This document shows, piece by piece, positions 46,743 to 59,858 of a stretch of 64,000 nucleotides of DNA; position 1 is the stretch's first letter; each line of letters opens with the position of its first letter. Source of the stretch: Asterias rubens (taxonomy: Eukaryota); contig NC_047068.1 in assembly GCF_902459465.1 (NCBI RefSeq), forward strand, positions 19,096,001 through 19,160,000. The letters run 5' to 3'. The notes below the pieces were generated by a model, which saw only the letters and a list, made by a program, of their open reading frames with translations, was not told the origin of the DNA and did not search any database. The position numbers were made by a program, and so were the translations under genes.

Positions 46743-47387
46743 CTGTCCAATCAACAACAGATAAAATTTAGTATAATGGTTTAGACATTTATTCCAATAT
46801 AAAAAATGCATTACAGGCTACAGCATAAACTCTTCAAGAGCATTGCTTTTGAGGAACCACTTTTATTTGAAAGTATCATTCCCAAACTGAAAGCCCGACT
46901 TGAAAACAGAAATAAAAAGAATAATAGTCATAATAATACAGACTTGTAATGCGCACATATCCACCATGGGTGTTCAAGGCACAGTAAAAACCAAAAACAA
47001 AACGAAAGAAAGCAGACACAACAACATTAGTCTCTGAAAACCTGTGACATTAGATAAGTTTTGAGAAGAGATTTGAATTTTGTGCAAGACAGACATGATA
47101 GACTCTAGCTAATGGGCACGGCTGATTATCTGCCACAGTATGCTGGGATATATAACCCCTAGAAAAGGGATATTACAAAGCTAGTTTTCCAGTACCTGGT
47201 GTCCCTCTTTTTGTGCCCGATTTTTTCTTGTGTGTACATACCTTGTTCACTATTAATGCCAGTACATCCTGTACAAAACAGAATCAAGGGTTACACAATA
47301 CCCCCTAGAAAAGGGATATTACAAAGCAAGTAATCCAATACCTGGTGTCCCTCTATGTATGATATCTTTTTTCTGCTGTGTACATAC

Positions 47388-47501
47388 CTTGTTCACAATG
47401 AATGCCAGTAAATCCTGTCCGACAACTACAAGTGTAGACGGTGAACATATTATTACAGACTGCTTGGTTCAGGCATGGATTGGACACACAGGGATCCAAC
47501 T
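47388..47501 (-). CDS. EGF exon
   Basis: 114 nt; [38 protein letters not shown]. Confidence 0.92.
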
Positions 47502-48000
47502 CTGAAAGCAAACACAAAGCAGGGTTAATATAACAAACGTTTATTTCACTTAAGAACACTGGACATTATTGGTAAATAGTCAAATAATTATTAGCATAAA
47601 ACCTTACTTGGTAACGAGTAATGGGGAGAGGTTGATAGTATCAAACATTGTGAGTAACTGCTCCCTCTGAAGTGACGTAGTTTTCCCGAGCCAATATGGC
47701 TATACCAGTTTTATTTTGTTTTTTTAGGGTTTTTAGTCCATCCTATGGTTTGTATTTTTAAATTGCTGTTCCTTCCTCCTATTGCTACGGTGCTTTGTTG
47801 TGGGTGCTGTTTTTTTTCTCTTCAATAATCTGGATTTGCTTGTGTTTTAATATTCTTTTGTGTGACTTTTAAATGTTTCAGTGCAACCCCTTTTTTATAT
47901 TGTAAAATTATATTTGTTATCGTTGGCAGGGGTCTGGTTTTACACATCTCTTGATGACAGTTTTTATACTTTCCCCAAAATAAAAACTTTAAACACAAAC

Positions 48001-48114
48001 CTGTTTCACAGTTGTTACCAGTATGGGATACTGGACAGCTACATGAGTATCCATTCAATATATCTAAACAGCCTCCACCATTCAAACAAGGATTGCTCGT
48101 ACACTCATCAATAT
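48001..48114 (-). CDS. EGF exon (Ca-binding type)
   Basis: 114 nt; [38 protein letters not shown]. Confidence 0.92.
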
Positions 48115-48149
48115 CTGTAATACAATAATAAGAATAATAATAGTGAAGT

Positions 48150-48522
48150 TCTTTATAGTGCAAGTACCTACCAACAAGGTACTCTAGGCGTTTAGTATAT
48201 ACATTATTACAAAAAGAAATCTGAGACCCAACTATGTATCACCTTATAAGGGGTTTAGAAGGTGCTACGGCGTATTCAGCAGCCACTACCAGGATGATCG
48301 GGGCAAACCATTCCCTTTTTTAGAAAAGTGCACTAGGTTCTTTATCTTGCGTTACACAACACATGGGACCAACGGCGTTACGTCCCATCCAAAGGACGAA
48401 GCAATGGTTAAGTATCTTGCTTAAGGACACAAGTGTCACGGCTGGGGATTCGAACCCACACTCTGCTGCTCAGAAACACCAAAGCTTGAGTCTGGTGCTC
48501 TTAAATGCTAGACCACGACACT
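48150..48522 (-). mobile_element. tRNA-derived SINE
   Basis: B-box GGGTTCGAATCCC, core ACACTTGTGTCCTTAAGCAAGATACTTAACC. Confidence 0.78.
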
Positions 48523-48992
48523 TCCAATATACCTATATATTGGTTATCATTGTTATGAAATCTTTTAATTTTGCTAACTCCCTTGTAATCAAATGAATCA
48601 ACAAAAACAAGAATAGATAACGGAGAATGTACAGTGAGTCATTATCTGGCAAAAATCTTTTTTTTTCTTTATTTGTTGTTGCCTTTTTAAATATGTTTGT
48701 TCATTGGTGTTTGTGCTTATTTTTTGACGCCCTGCTTTTTTAAATATATATATATTTTTTTTATTTCCTTCTGTGTATTGATGTCTTTTTACTTATTGCA
48801 GTTCAGCCATCGGGCTGCAATATGGTGTCTTTACACTTTTATGAAAACTTATATCACATTGCACACATGGCAAAATTTGACGACCGATATACATGAACCA
48901 ATTAGATCTAATAATGATGAACATGGACACGTACAAATAAAGCTAGGTCAGTTCATTAAATAATTGTTTTAACGACTTGTTATAACACTTAC

Positions 48993-49106
48993 CATTATCA
49001 CAATTGGTACCATTGAAGCCTGACGCACATTGGCAGACGTACTGGGTAGTTGTACTCTGACATGTTGCACCATTCTGGCACGGAGTATTGAAGCAGAAAT
49101 CAATCT
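48993..49106 (-). CDS. EGF exon
   Basis: 114 nt; EIDFCFNTPCQNGATCQSTTTQYVCQCASGFNGTNCDN. Confidence 0.92.
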
Positions 49107-49404
49107 CTGAAATATCAAAATCAACGTCATATTATTTAGAACTTTATTACAACATATGTATTTGGTCTGTGGTAACACCATGTGTATATCTACTTGCCAG
49201 GTAGATTTTGTTCTTTGGAGCACTGTCTTGCTATATATTCTACTAACGCGGAGTAGATCTTTCTGATTTTCGAGAGACTTACTCTATTCTGAAAAAAACT
49301 GTCCTGCTTTTAAATTTCTACTTGGGCGATAGGTAGAGATAATTATTATAATATCCTCAGAGTTTGTTGTTACTCACTCTTGTCTTCTTCTGTCAGTATC
49401 ATTG

Positions 49405-49715
49405 GGGATAGGAACACCTAAATCAAACTCTGATCAGCAGAGCTTACATGTAGGTTCGAGTCCCGGTCAGGACACTTGTAGCAAGAAAAACCATAATTGC
49501 TTCATCCTTTGGATGGGACGTACAGCCGTAGCTCCCGTGTGTTGTGTTATGCACATAAAAGAACCCAGTGCACTTATTGTAAAGAGAAAGGGGTTCGCCA
49601 TGGTGCTTTAGAGGAATAGGTCTGATATTTCAAAAATGTAGCTCCACTACTTGCAGGAAAACACAATGAGCCCTTTGATATGACCCGGGTGTGATAAAGA
49701 GCTATATAAGAACCT
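49405..49715 (+). mobile_element. tRNA-derived SINE
   Basis: B-box GGTTCGAGTCCC; body matches 53505-53890. Confidence 0.75.
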
Positions 49716-49745
49716 ATTATTGTTAAATTTGATTAATATTTGTAC

Positions 49746-49859
49746 CTATGCCACAAAGAGGGCCGGTGTAGCCCTGTCTGCACACACACTGGTAGCTGTT
49801 CAAAAGGTTGTTACATGAAGCACCGTTCAGACATGGATCACTTAAACATTCATCTACAT
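49746..49859 (-). CDS. EGF exon (Ca-binding type)
   Basis: 114 nt; [38 protein letters not shown]. Confidence 0.92.
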
Positions 49860-50596
49860 CTGAAATCAATTACAGATGAAATAACAAAAACAGGATTAGA
49901 AATATAACTATTTTATACTTAATGAGGATCTCAAAAGAATCATGTATCATGGCCAAGAAAGTGCACTGAACTCAAGTTATGTGCCCAATTGCATGGCTCT
50001 GCTTACCGTAAGCAAAGAATCGGTGCTTGCATGAGCAGGAAAATCCATGCTTACGCCAAGCATATTTCACAGGTTAGCAGGAAATTTATGCATGTGCATG
50101 TGCATACTCCATGTTACATAGGCATAATTTGCTAACACAGCTAGCGCAGAAATTTGTTGCTTGCAAAGTAAGCGGAAAAAGGTGATCGTAAACAAAATTC
50201 TGCGGTAAGCAGAGCCATGAAACGACTTGTCCACAAGTCTATCATTAAAAAGTGGAGCGCTATTCTTGGGGGTACAACCAATTACAATATCTTTTTTTGG
50301 AGGAAGTGTTAGCTCAAAGAAGACCCGTTTGATTTATTCTCAACATTTCGATTATCATGCTCCTGTTGTCTTCAGGAAACTATTAAAGGGGTGTGTCTTT
50401 GGGTTTGTGACATAAATAAACTGTTTCGGTCAATGGCCAGTGATCAACAATGGGCAAGTTCAACAGAAACAGTTATTGGTTAGGACCGCAAAAATTAACC
50501 CCTGGAGATGCTTATCTTGTAAACGTTATAGAAATTTCAGACAAATATTTACTAGATAATGGGTCTAGAACATAAAGTAATTTATAACACAGTTAC

Positions 50597-50710
50597 CTAT
50601 AGAACACATTGGTCCAGTCCAACCAAGTTCACAAATACACTGGTATCCATTCAACTGGTTCACACAATTTGCTCCATTAGAACATGGACTACTCATGCAC
50701 TCATTGATAT
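50597..50710 (-). CDS. EGF exon (Ca-binding type)
   Basis: 114 nt; DINECMSSPCSNGANCVNQLNGYQCICELGWTGPMCSI. Confidence 0.92.
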
Positions 50711-51312
50711 CTGTGAATATAAAAACGATAAATGACCATGGTCGTTAAGACAATCTTACTCTACAGATATGGTGCATGAAATTCTTGTAAATCATTACAT
50801 GGTGCTATATGTAAAGGAATACTTCAACACGTAATTCAACAATACCATGCAGGAAAAATACTGAGCACTTTGAGATGTCCATCAACCCATAGGGCTTCTG
50901 ATAATGGAGGGCGCTGCACTGTGGCGCCCACCTTGTGTGCTCAGTGTCTTATATTTGTCTCGTTTTTGTCACTTTTTAATACATTTGTTAGACTTATTTA
51001 TTGCTTATACTAAATTTTTTGTAATTAATTCTGTGTTTTTAAAATGTAATGTTTTTTTGTTTTTCTATAAGTATCAAATTTGAATCTTTTTAGTGCACAC
51101 AGGGAAAACAATTTTCACTTTTTACTGGCAATCTGTGATAAAATAAATAAACTGAATTGAATTGAATTAATGCGTCTTATTATTTTTATGATCATATTTT
51201 GTGGATCTTATTTTTGACCTTTTAATGGTTTTGCTTTTGATGGTTTAAAGATAGTTTTGATTGCTATTGCGCCTGGGAGCAATTTTAATGGATTTGACGC
51301 TATACAAATGTG

Positions 51313-51354
<42 letters not shown>

Positions 51355-51355
<1 letters not shown>

Positions 51356-51468
51356 TTGGCTGCAATCAAATCCTGCATATCCAGGTTGGCACTGACAAAC
51401 AAAGAAGTCAAATTGATTGAGGCAGGTAGCGTTATTCTGGCATGGTGTTCCAATACAAGCGTCTTTAG
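51355..51468 (-). CDS. EGF exon; an (AAT)n microsatellite follows the donor
   Basis: 114 nt; [37 protein letters not shown]. Confidence 0.92.
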
Positions 51469-51991
51469 CTACAAGAAAAACAAAGGATAAACAACAACAA
51501 TAATCAATCAAACATTATATTATTGTTATATTTGGTTAGACATTACTTTAGTTCTTGTTCAAAAAGAGGCTATGTACTTTTTTCTAACACAAAGCACAAT
51601 GTCTACAGATTTATATTAAACTGTCACCAAAATAATTTTCGTCTCAGTTTTAGAATGTAACTCATTTCTCAACAACTACAGCACCTCAGTAAGTTATATT
51701 TGAAGGGAAACTTTCTACTATCATTATCTCCAAACCCTATAAGCTGTGGACATATTGAAAAAGTACTCAAAATCCTTTAAAAAGAATTTGTCAAATTTCA
51801 CTGGAAGACTCAAGTTCTCATAGCCAAGTTACTTCCGAGTGTGGGTTGGAATCCAAGACCTTTTGTCTTGAGCAAGACCATTAATTCCTTCTCTTAACCT
51901 ATCTAGGTGTATAAAATGTGAACCTGAAACGGCAGAGACAGTACTTTGTTGGTTTCACCTCTTAGCTCACACACATGTACACTGTACTTAC

Positions 51992-52105
51992 CGATTTCAC
52001 ACTGGTTGCCTGTCCATTCAATGGAGCAGTCACACTCATAAGTACTTGCAAGGTTTCTACAGAAGCCTCCATTAAGACATGGCGTTGACGAACAGAAGTT
52101 CACAG
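51992..52105 (-). CDS. EGF exon
   Basis: 114 nt; VNFCSSTPCLNGGFCRNLASTYECDCSIEWTGNQCEI. Confidence 0.92.
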
Positions 52106-52931
52106 CTGCAATCAAAAAGAGAGTCGCACTACAATAAGCAACAAAGCAAATTTAAGCAAAATTTTGCGAAGCTTTTTATTTAGTACCTTGTCGTGGCCAA
52201 ACGGCTTAGTTTATGGACCCTTCCCATGAAATATACTAATTACCTTCACACATACATGTACGCACAGACCCTATTGGCTGGCAAACATCATAGAGTTGTG
52301 CAATAAGCAGACGCGCAATTGCGTCTGCGTCACGCAGCCATTAGCCGTGTACAAAACAGCGCAATGTTCCCTCATCACCACACCCACAAGCTCACGCATT
52401 GTCAGCAGCATAGTAGGGTTTAATCCATTCAGTGTTAGGGAACCACTTCAATTCATTTAGAGATTATCATTACATGGTGTTACCGCAAACCTTCCATATA
52501 CACGTAGCACCATTCTATTAAGTCCACAGTGCTTACGCAAACAGACATTAGCAATGCAAATAATAGAACAAATGGCAAAAAGGAATTACAGAAAGCAACT
52601 AAGGAAACAGATATTTTTTCAGTGCTTTCTTGAACAAAGGAGTACGTACAATGTATGGTGATGGGGAGGTTGTTACACATGTGGTCAGGTAGTGGCTTAA
52701 GAGAAGAATTAGATAGTTTTCCTGCAATTTTGCCATTATTTACGGCCGATGAAAGAGGTCCATTGATCAACTGCGAAACGTTGTATGAAAAGTGGCTACT
52801 GTAAGTTTGTGTACACACGTACTCAGCGGCTTGAGTACCATGTTTGGTAACTACGTGCGCTATATAAGACTTTGATCTTATTTTTATTATTTTTAAATGG
52901 ATAATTTAGACACTTTAGAAAAAAGATTTAC

Positions 52932-53162
52932 CTGTTTCACATCGAGTTCCTATCCATCCAACGGCACACGTACATTCATATGAGCTTCCTACATTACTAC
53001 ACACACCAGCATTCAGACATGGATTCAAACTACATGCATCAGGGATCTCACAGGTAGCTCCAGTCCAGACTCCAGTACAGGAACAAATGTAGGCAAATCT
53101 GTCTGGATCCTCTGCACACTGCCCATTGTTCTTACATGGACCACTCACACAAGCCAATATTT
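52932..53162 (-). CDS. Two-EGF exon
   Basis: 231 nt; ILACVSGPCKNNGQC...TCEIPDACSLNPCLNAGVC...RCET. Confidence 0.92.
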
Positions 53163-53174
53163 CTGCAAACAAAT

Positions 53175-53890
53175 GAGCTTGTGTTATTAAATACTCAAGC
53201 TCTTGTGATTCTGTTCAGCAGTGTGTGGGTTCGGGAGTCGTGACACGTGTGTCCCTGAGCTAGACACTTAACTACATGCTTCTCTCCACCCAGGGGTAAA
53301 TGGGTGCAGAGATGATTCTTATAATTGATTTTACCGAGTAACGCATAATTGTTGCACAGGCTGTGTACTCCCCAGGGAGCTGAGATGGTTTAAGGAATGA
53401 ATTAAATGGCCCAGTGACCAGGGGTAACAATGTTGGAAGCTCTTTGAGACGCCCTTCGGGTGTGAAAAGCGCTATATACAAAGTGGTTATTATTATTATT
53501 AAACACTGTGGCATGGTATGGCCTAGCAATTAAGAGTATCGGATTCAAACTCTGTAGTTTCTTATCACCTGAGGGTGGGTTCGGGTCCCAGTCATGACAC
53601 CCTTGTCCTTAAGCAAGACACTTAACCATGATGCTTTGTCCTTCGGATTGGCTGTAAGCCTTTGGTCTTGTATGTTGTGTATTAATGTGCGTACAAGAAC
53701 CCAGTGCACATATCGAAAAAAAACAAGGGGTTCACCAGGGTATTCCTGGTTTGATTGGCTGCATATTGCGCCAAAGCACCTTGTAAACCATTACATGGTG
53801 CTATGTCAAAGGACTAGGTCTCATTATTCAAACGTTGTCCAAAATACCTTGCAGGAAAATACTGTATGTTAAAGTGCCTTGAGCGATTAT
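53175..53890 (+). mobile_element. Two adjacent tRNA-derived SINEs sharing head and core but with different tails
   Basis: Heads near 53175-53240 and 53505-53590; first tail ...CACCCAGGGGTAAATGGG, second tail ...CCTTCGGAT. Confidence 0.72.
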
Positions 53891-53990
53891 GAGTGACGGT
53901 GTGATTTTTATTATAATTATAAATAGGATATGCATTGTTGTACTTGGGCACTATTTGGTTATTATTTTATTTTTATTTTTTTTATATATT

Positions 53991-54575
53991 CCAGGTTGTA
54001 TCGTTACCCGGGTGTGATCCCTGGCTACACGGCAGTTTGCGGTTTAATGGCTTCTGACAGGCACCCCCGAACAAAGATATTGACAAAATTGGGAGACCAC
54101 CAACATAGGGCTAGATAGCTCAGTTGGTAGAGCGCCGGCACGTTAAATCGGAGGTCGTTGGTTCAAATCCCGCTCTAGTCAATTTTCTTTGTTCAATCCA
54201 AAATCATTTAAAACAAATGTTCCCAGTCAGTTTCCCTTGTGGTTTATTATTTGATATCTGATATAAAAAAGTCGCATCCCCTTAAGGTGATCCCCTGTCT
54301 GCCGCTTCCCAGGTTGTATCGTTACCCGGGTGTGATCCCTGGCTACACGGCAGTTTGCGGTTTAATGGCTTCTGACAGGCACCCCCGAACAAAGATATTG
54401 ACAAAATTGGGAGACCACCAACATAGGGCTAGATAGCTCAGTTGGTAGAGCGCCGGCACGTTAAACCGGAGGTCGTTGGTTCAAATCCCGCTCTAGTCAA
54501 TTTTCTTTGTTCAATCCAAAATCATTTAAAACAAATGTTCCCAGTCAGTTTCCCTTGTGGTTTATTATTTGATAT
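53991..54575 (+). repeat. Head-to-tail dimer (318-bp period) with internal tRNA-like cloverleaves at 54109-54181 and 54427-54499
   Basis: GGCTAGA/TCTAGTC acceptor stem, GCTC/GAGC D-stem, B-box GGTTCAAATCC; atypical anticodon loop ACGTTAA. Confidence 0.85.
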
Positions 54576-54878
54576 TATATATATATATATAGATATCAAA
54601 TAATAAACCATATATATATATATTTTTTTTTTTATCATAAACATCACTGGCTGAGCAAGAAATGTTAACAAATGTCACCACAACAAGATCTGCCTGTATA
54701 CTAGCAATGCATGCAATTCAGATGCTTTGTTAATATTCGCTGTTCCACAAGTGACGTTACATCCTAAAAAGGCTTGCTTTTGTGGCATGTTGTGGCCAAA
54801 CAGAAAAAAGCAAGGGACTCAATACTGGTGATTCTGACCAAATTGTGAAATGATTTTTGAAAAAAAACACCAACTTAC

Positions 54879-57164
54879 GAATATCACAATTTGTTCCACT
54901 CCATCCAATTCTGCATGTGCAAGTATAAGAGGTCTGATTCCCAAGGCAAGTAGCTCCATTCAAGCAAGGACTGGACAAACAAACATCAACCTGAGTGTCA
55001 CAGTTCAGTCCTGTCCATCCAGCCGTACATTGACAAGAATAAGATGTCTGACCATTCACACATGTGGCTCCATTCTGACAAGGACTGGACGCACAAACAT
55101 CAACCTGAGTGTCACAGTTCAGTCCTGTCCATCCAGCCGTACATTGACAAGAATAAGATGCCTGACCATTCACACATGTGGCTCCATTCTGACAAGGACT
55201 GGACGCACAAACATCAACCTGAGTGTCACAGTTCAGTCCTGTCCATCCAGCCGTACATTGACAAGAATAAGATGTCTGACCATTCACACATGTGGCTCCA
55301 TTCTGACAAGGACTGGACGCACAAACATCAACCTGAGTGTCACAGTTCAGTCCTGTCCATCCAGCCATACATTGACAAGAATATGATGTCTGACCATTCA
55401 CACATGTGGCTCCATTCTGACAAGGACTGGACACACAAACATCAACCTGAGTGTCACAGTTCAGTCCTGTCCATCCAGCCGTACATTGACAAGAATAAGA
55501 TGTCTGACCATTCACACATGCGGCTCCATTCTGACAAGGACTGGACACACAAACATCAACCTGAGTGTCACAGTTCAGTCCTGTCCATCCAGCCATACAT
55601 TGACAAGAATATGATGTCTGACCATTCACACATGTGGCTCCATTCTGACAAGGACTGGACACACAAACATCAACCTGAGTGTCACAGTTCAGTCCTGTCC
55701 ATCCAGCCGTACATTGACAAGAATATGATGTCTGACCATTCACACATGTGGCTCCATTCTGACAAGGACTGGACACACAAACATCAACCTGAGTGTCACA
55801 GTTCAGTCCTGTCCATCCAGCCGTACATTGACAAGAATAAGATGTCTGACCATTCACACATGCGGCTCCATTCTGACAAGGACTGGACACACAAACATCA
55901 ACCTGAGTGTCACAGTTCAGTCCTGTCCATCCAGCCGTACATTGACAAGAATAAGATGTCTGACCATTCACACATGTGGCTCCATTCTGACAAGGACTGG
56001 ACACACAAACATCAACCTGAGTGTCACAGTTCAGTCCTGTCCATCCAGCCGTACATTGACAAGAATAAGATGTCTGACCATTCACACATGCGGCTCCATT
56101 CTGACAAGGACTGGACACACAAACATCAACCTGAGTGTCACATTTCAGTCCTGTCCATCCAGCCGTACATTGACAAGAATAAGATGTCTGACCATTCACA
56201 CATGTGGCTCCATTCTGACAAGGACTGGACGCACAAACATCAACCTGAGTGTCACAGTTCAGTCCTGTCCATCCAGCCGTACATTGACAAGAATAAGATG
56301 TCTGACCATTCACACATGTGGCTCCATTCTGACAAGGACTGGACGCACAAACATCAACCTGAGTGTCACAGTTCAGTCCTGTCCATCCAGCCGTACATTG
56401 ACAAGAATAAGATGTCTGACCATTCACACATGTGGCTCCATTCTGACAAGGACTGGACGCACAAACATCAACCTGAGTGTCACAGTTCAGTCCTGTCCAT
56501 CCAGCCGTACATTGACAAGAATAAGATGTCTGACCATTCACACATGTGGCTCCATTCTGACAAGGACTGGACGCACAAACATCAACCTGAGTGTCACAGT
56601 TCAGTCCTGTCCATCCAGCCGTACATTGACAAGAATAAGATGTCTGACCATTCACACATGTGGCTCCATTCTGACAAGGACTGGACGCACAAACATCAAC
56701 CTGAGTGTCACAGTTCAGTCCTGTCCATCCAGCCGTACATTGACAAGAATATGACGTCTGACCATTCACACATGTGGCTCCATTCTGACAAGGACTGGAC
56801 ACACAAACATCAACCTGAGTGTCACAGTTCAGTCCTGTCCATCCAGCCGTACATTGACAAGAATAAGATGTCTGACCATTCACACATGTGGCTCCATTCT
56901 GACAAGGACTGGACGCACAAACATCAACCTGAGTGTCACAGTTCAGTCCTGTCCATCCAGCCGTACATTGACAAGAATAAGATGTCTGACCATTCACACA
57001 TGTGGCTCCATTCTGACAAGGACTGGACACACAAACATCAACCGGAGTGTCACAGTTCAGTCCTGCCCATCCAGCCGTACATTGACAGAAGAAGGCAAAA
57101 TTGTTTCCACTTTCCAGGCAAGTTCCTCCATTCATGCAGGGTTGACTTCCACAGCTCAATATAA
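54879..57164 (-). CDS. Giant intronless exon encoding 20 EGF domains (120-nt head plus 19 x 114 nt)
   Basis: 2,286 nt, AG/GT, phase 1-1, open throughout; 18 near-identical QVDVC(A/V)SSPCQNGATCVNGQTSYSCQCTAGWTGLNCDT units. Confidence 0.93.
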
Positions 57165-57283
57165 CTATAAAAGAAACAATATACTGGGATTAAAATTAAG
57201 AAAATTACAAGATTCCAACATGAAAGAGACCAAAGCAATGGCATATGACTGCAAAATTTGAAATATTTCCATTCATTCAACAG

Positions 57284-57653
57284 TAAGCCTAGGCAACTAG
57301 TGAAATTTACTACTCGACTAACAGCATCTCAAATAGTTGCGACTTTGACACTAGACACAACTGATTTTAACTCCCAAGTTGCATTACGACATATTGTTTG
57401 CCGTAGGTACAATATGGTAAAATTCGTGCTGAATGGATTGAAAGATTGTGTCACAGATGTCTGATAGTGTTTCGTAAGTTAATTATGTTGTCATGAATAG
57501 TTGTGAGCGACACAGTTGGTTTATCAAGCAGGAAGTCGCACTGCTAGTCGAGGCGGAACAATTAATCAAGAATATGTATAACAGTTGTCGCGGCTGGACA
57601 AAGCAATCAATAGTCACGACTTTGACACTAGTCACACTAGTCGCCCGAGCTTA
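57284..57653. mobile_element. MITE-like element
   Basis: Imperfect TIR AAGCCTAGGCAACTAGTG / CACTAGTCGCCCGAGCTT; internal TAGTCGCGAC-like repeats. Confidence 0.55.
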
Positions 57654-57921
57654 TTCAACAGCATCAACAAATGGGTAAAAAAAAAAAAATTAATATTCTT
57701 TATCCCCGATGCAAATTTAACATCTAAAAAGCATTAACAACTTAAGGGGCATGTCTGTAAATGAAATTCGTTGTTTAAATTATTTAAAAACCCATATTAT
57801 ATATTTCTGTTTATTTTATTGGAGATTCTATAAACGTTTTCTTGAAAAATTGATACAAAAAAACCTTAACAAAACTAACAAAGATTATTTTGAGGATGGT
57901 GTCATGTGAATTGCCACTTAC

Positions 57922-58041
57922 GACTTTCACAGTTGGTTCCAGTCCATCCAGAAACACATTGGCAGATGTAGGTAAATGTATCCTGTGATTCAAGGCATGT
58001 CCCTTCATTCAGACATGGCTGACTTGAACAACTAAACAGAC
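57922..58041 (-). CDS. EGF exon (head type only)
   Basis: 120 nt; LFSCSSQPCLNEGTCLESQDTFTYICQCVSGWTGTNCES. Confidence 0.9.
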
Positions 58042-58615
58042 CTAAGGCAACAACAACAACAACAACAAGATTAACTCCACTTCATTGCTAGTCTTACAAC
58101 AACACAGTATATAATAAAGGCAAAGTGTACCGTTTGACTGTTTTAACCCTATATAATGTAAATGAAGATGTGTTTACAATAAACTAACATGTGCAAATTA
58201 CATTTGAAAAGGTGGTCGTGTTTTTGAGATATCACCGAAAATGCAGAGCGATTATGTCCACGCGGGAAGACAATCCCCAATAGGAATACACAATCTGAGA
58301 ATTGTTTTTTGTTGTAACGATTCTTAGATTCAAAATTTGGGGCATAACCTGATATCTTTTTATATAACCACATTAATTCAAAGTGGAATGTTTCTCAAAA
58401 TGCTTTATACTATGCTGTGGTCTTCTAACCCCAAAATTGTATTGGCATTCATTTTTAAAGTAACCACAAAACGTATACCTCTCTTTCAAGACTGTTCTAT
58501 TGTAGTCTTTATTGTTGAAACACACGAGTAAGTTTGTATGAAATTTGTCAGAGTTTTTATTGCAATTTACTTCATAACATGTCACAAAGAGGGTAATTGA
58601 AAAAAAAGTACATAC

Positions 58616-58849
58616 GTATTTGACAGTTTTGTCCGGTCCAAGGATGCGGACAATCACAGCTGTATGACGTCTGAAAGTTGGTACAATTCCCTCCGTTAGT
58701 ACAGGGGTTAGATTCACACTTGTTCACAGCTACTTCACAATTGTCTCCAGCCCAACCTGCTTGGCACTGACATAAGTAACTGAAGCTATCAAATGCATCT
58801 AAACACAGCCCTCCATTTTCACACGGTTGACTGTCGCATGTTAGTACAC
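58616..58849 (-). CDS. Two-EGF exon
   Basis: 234 nt; [15 protein letters not shown]...[20 protein letters not shown]...NCQI. Confidence 0.92.
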
Positions 58850-59268
58850 CTAAAAAAAATATATATATAGCAAGGGTTATTTTTAACTAAGTAAAGTTTT
58901 AAGCCTGTGCCATGTTACCGGGTATCCGGATTAACAAAAACAGATGTCCGGTTCCATTTTTACCTTTTTTTTTATCGGTTCCATTTTATCGGTTTCATCC
59001 TATCCGTTCCATTTTAACGGTTCCATTATCTTAAGCTTAAGGTGAATGAGATCAAAATTCTTGCATTTCTCAAACTTCCTTGTCGATAAACAAATTTAAA
59101 TGACTTAAAACAACTTGCAGTTGTTCTAAACATAATTACACAACTGTTTGTTCTTACGCACAAACTCTGGATCAATTCAAACCTCTACTAAAAACTCACT
59201 TGTTAAACTCTACCTAGTTTTGTTTGTTTTTTTCTCTTGTACAGCGCATTGGGACTCCGTGTGTAATG

Positions 59269-59581
59269 NNNNNNNNNNNNNNNNNNNNNNNNNNNNNNNN
59301 NNNNNNNNNNNNNNNNNNNNNNNNNNNNNNNNNNNNNNNNNNNNNNNNNNNNNNNNNNNNNNNNNNNNNNNNNNNNNNNNNNNNNNNNNNNNNNNNNNNN
59401 NNNNNNNNNNNNNNNNNNNNNNNNNNNNNNNNNNNNNNNNNNNNNNNNNNNNNNNNNNNNNNNNNNNNNNNNNNNNNNNNNNNNNNNNNNNNNNNNNNNN
59501 NNNNNNNNNNNNNNNNNNNNNNNNNNNNNNNNNNNNNNNNNNNNNNNNNNNNNNNNNNNNNNNNNNNNNNNNNNNNNNNNN
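59269..59581. other. Assembly gap (313 N)
   Basis: Run of N. Confidence 1.
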
Positions 59582-59858
59582 AGTTTAGTTATAAATCCCC
59601 AGTGACCGTCTGCTCAAAATAAACAAATCCACATGTGTGACTTGACTGGCGTACAAGCATACGGTCTGGTTGCAACCCAGTGTACAGTACGTATGTGCTA
59701 TGTAGAGGAGAGAACCAGACCATGCAGTTGTAGAATGTGCGTTCTAACGATTCCGTTTTCCTGTGTGGTTGCAGACGAGGTCAATGGTGGGTACACGTAT
59801 GCCACAGGCTTCGGGATCAGGTAGAAGATCATATCCATACCAATGTATATCATAACTG

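Noticed and set aside
1341-53872. Numerous 60-140-aa ORFs in the track lying in introns
   Set aside because: Most derive from SINE/MITE sequence, are antisense to exons, or are exon read-through into introns. None has independent coding signatures.
54109-54499. Functional tRNA-Asn(GTT) genes
   Set aside because: The anticodon loop lacks the conserved U33 and differs between copies, the T-stem has a mismatch, and the sequence is embedded in a dispersed repeat. Treated as tRNA-derived.
55044-57164. 706-aa His-rich plus-strand ORF, and other antisense ORFs at 54850, 55828, 56854, 61213 and 61250
   Set aside because: They are antisense shadows of the 114-bp coding repeat: one stop-free frame in the unit is propagated by tandem duplication. 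They coincide with the EGF exon and have no independent support.
59148-59622. ORFs spanning the poly-X stretch
   Set aside because: Artefacts of the N gap.
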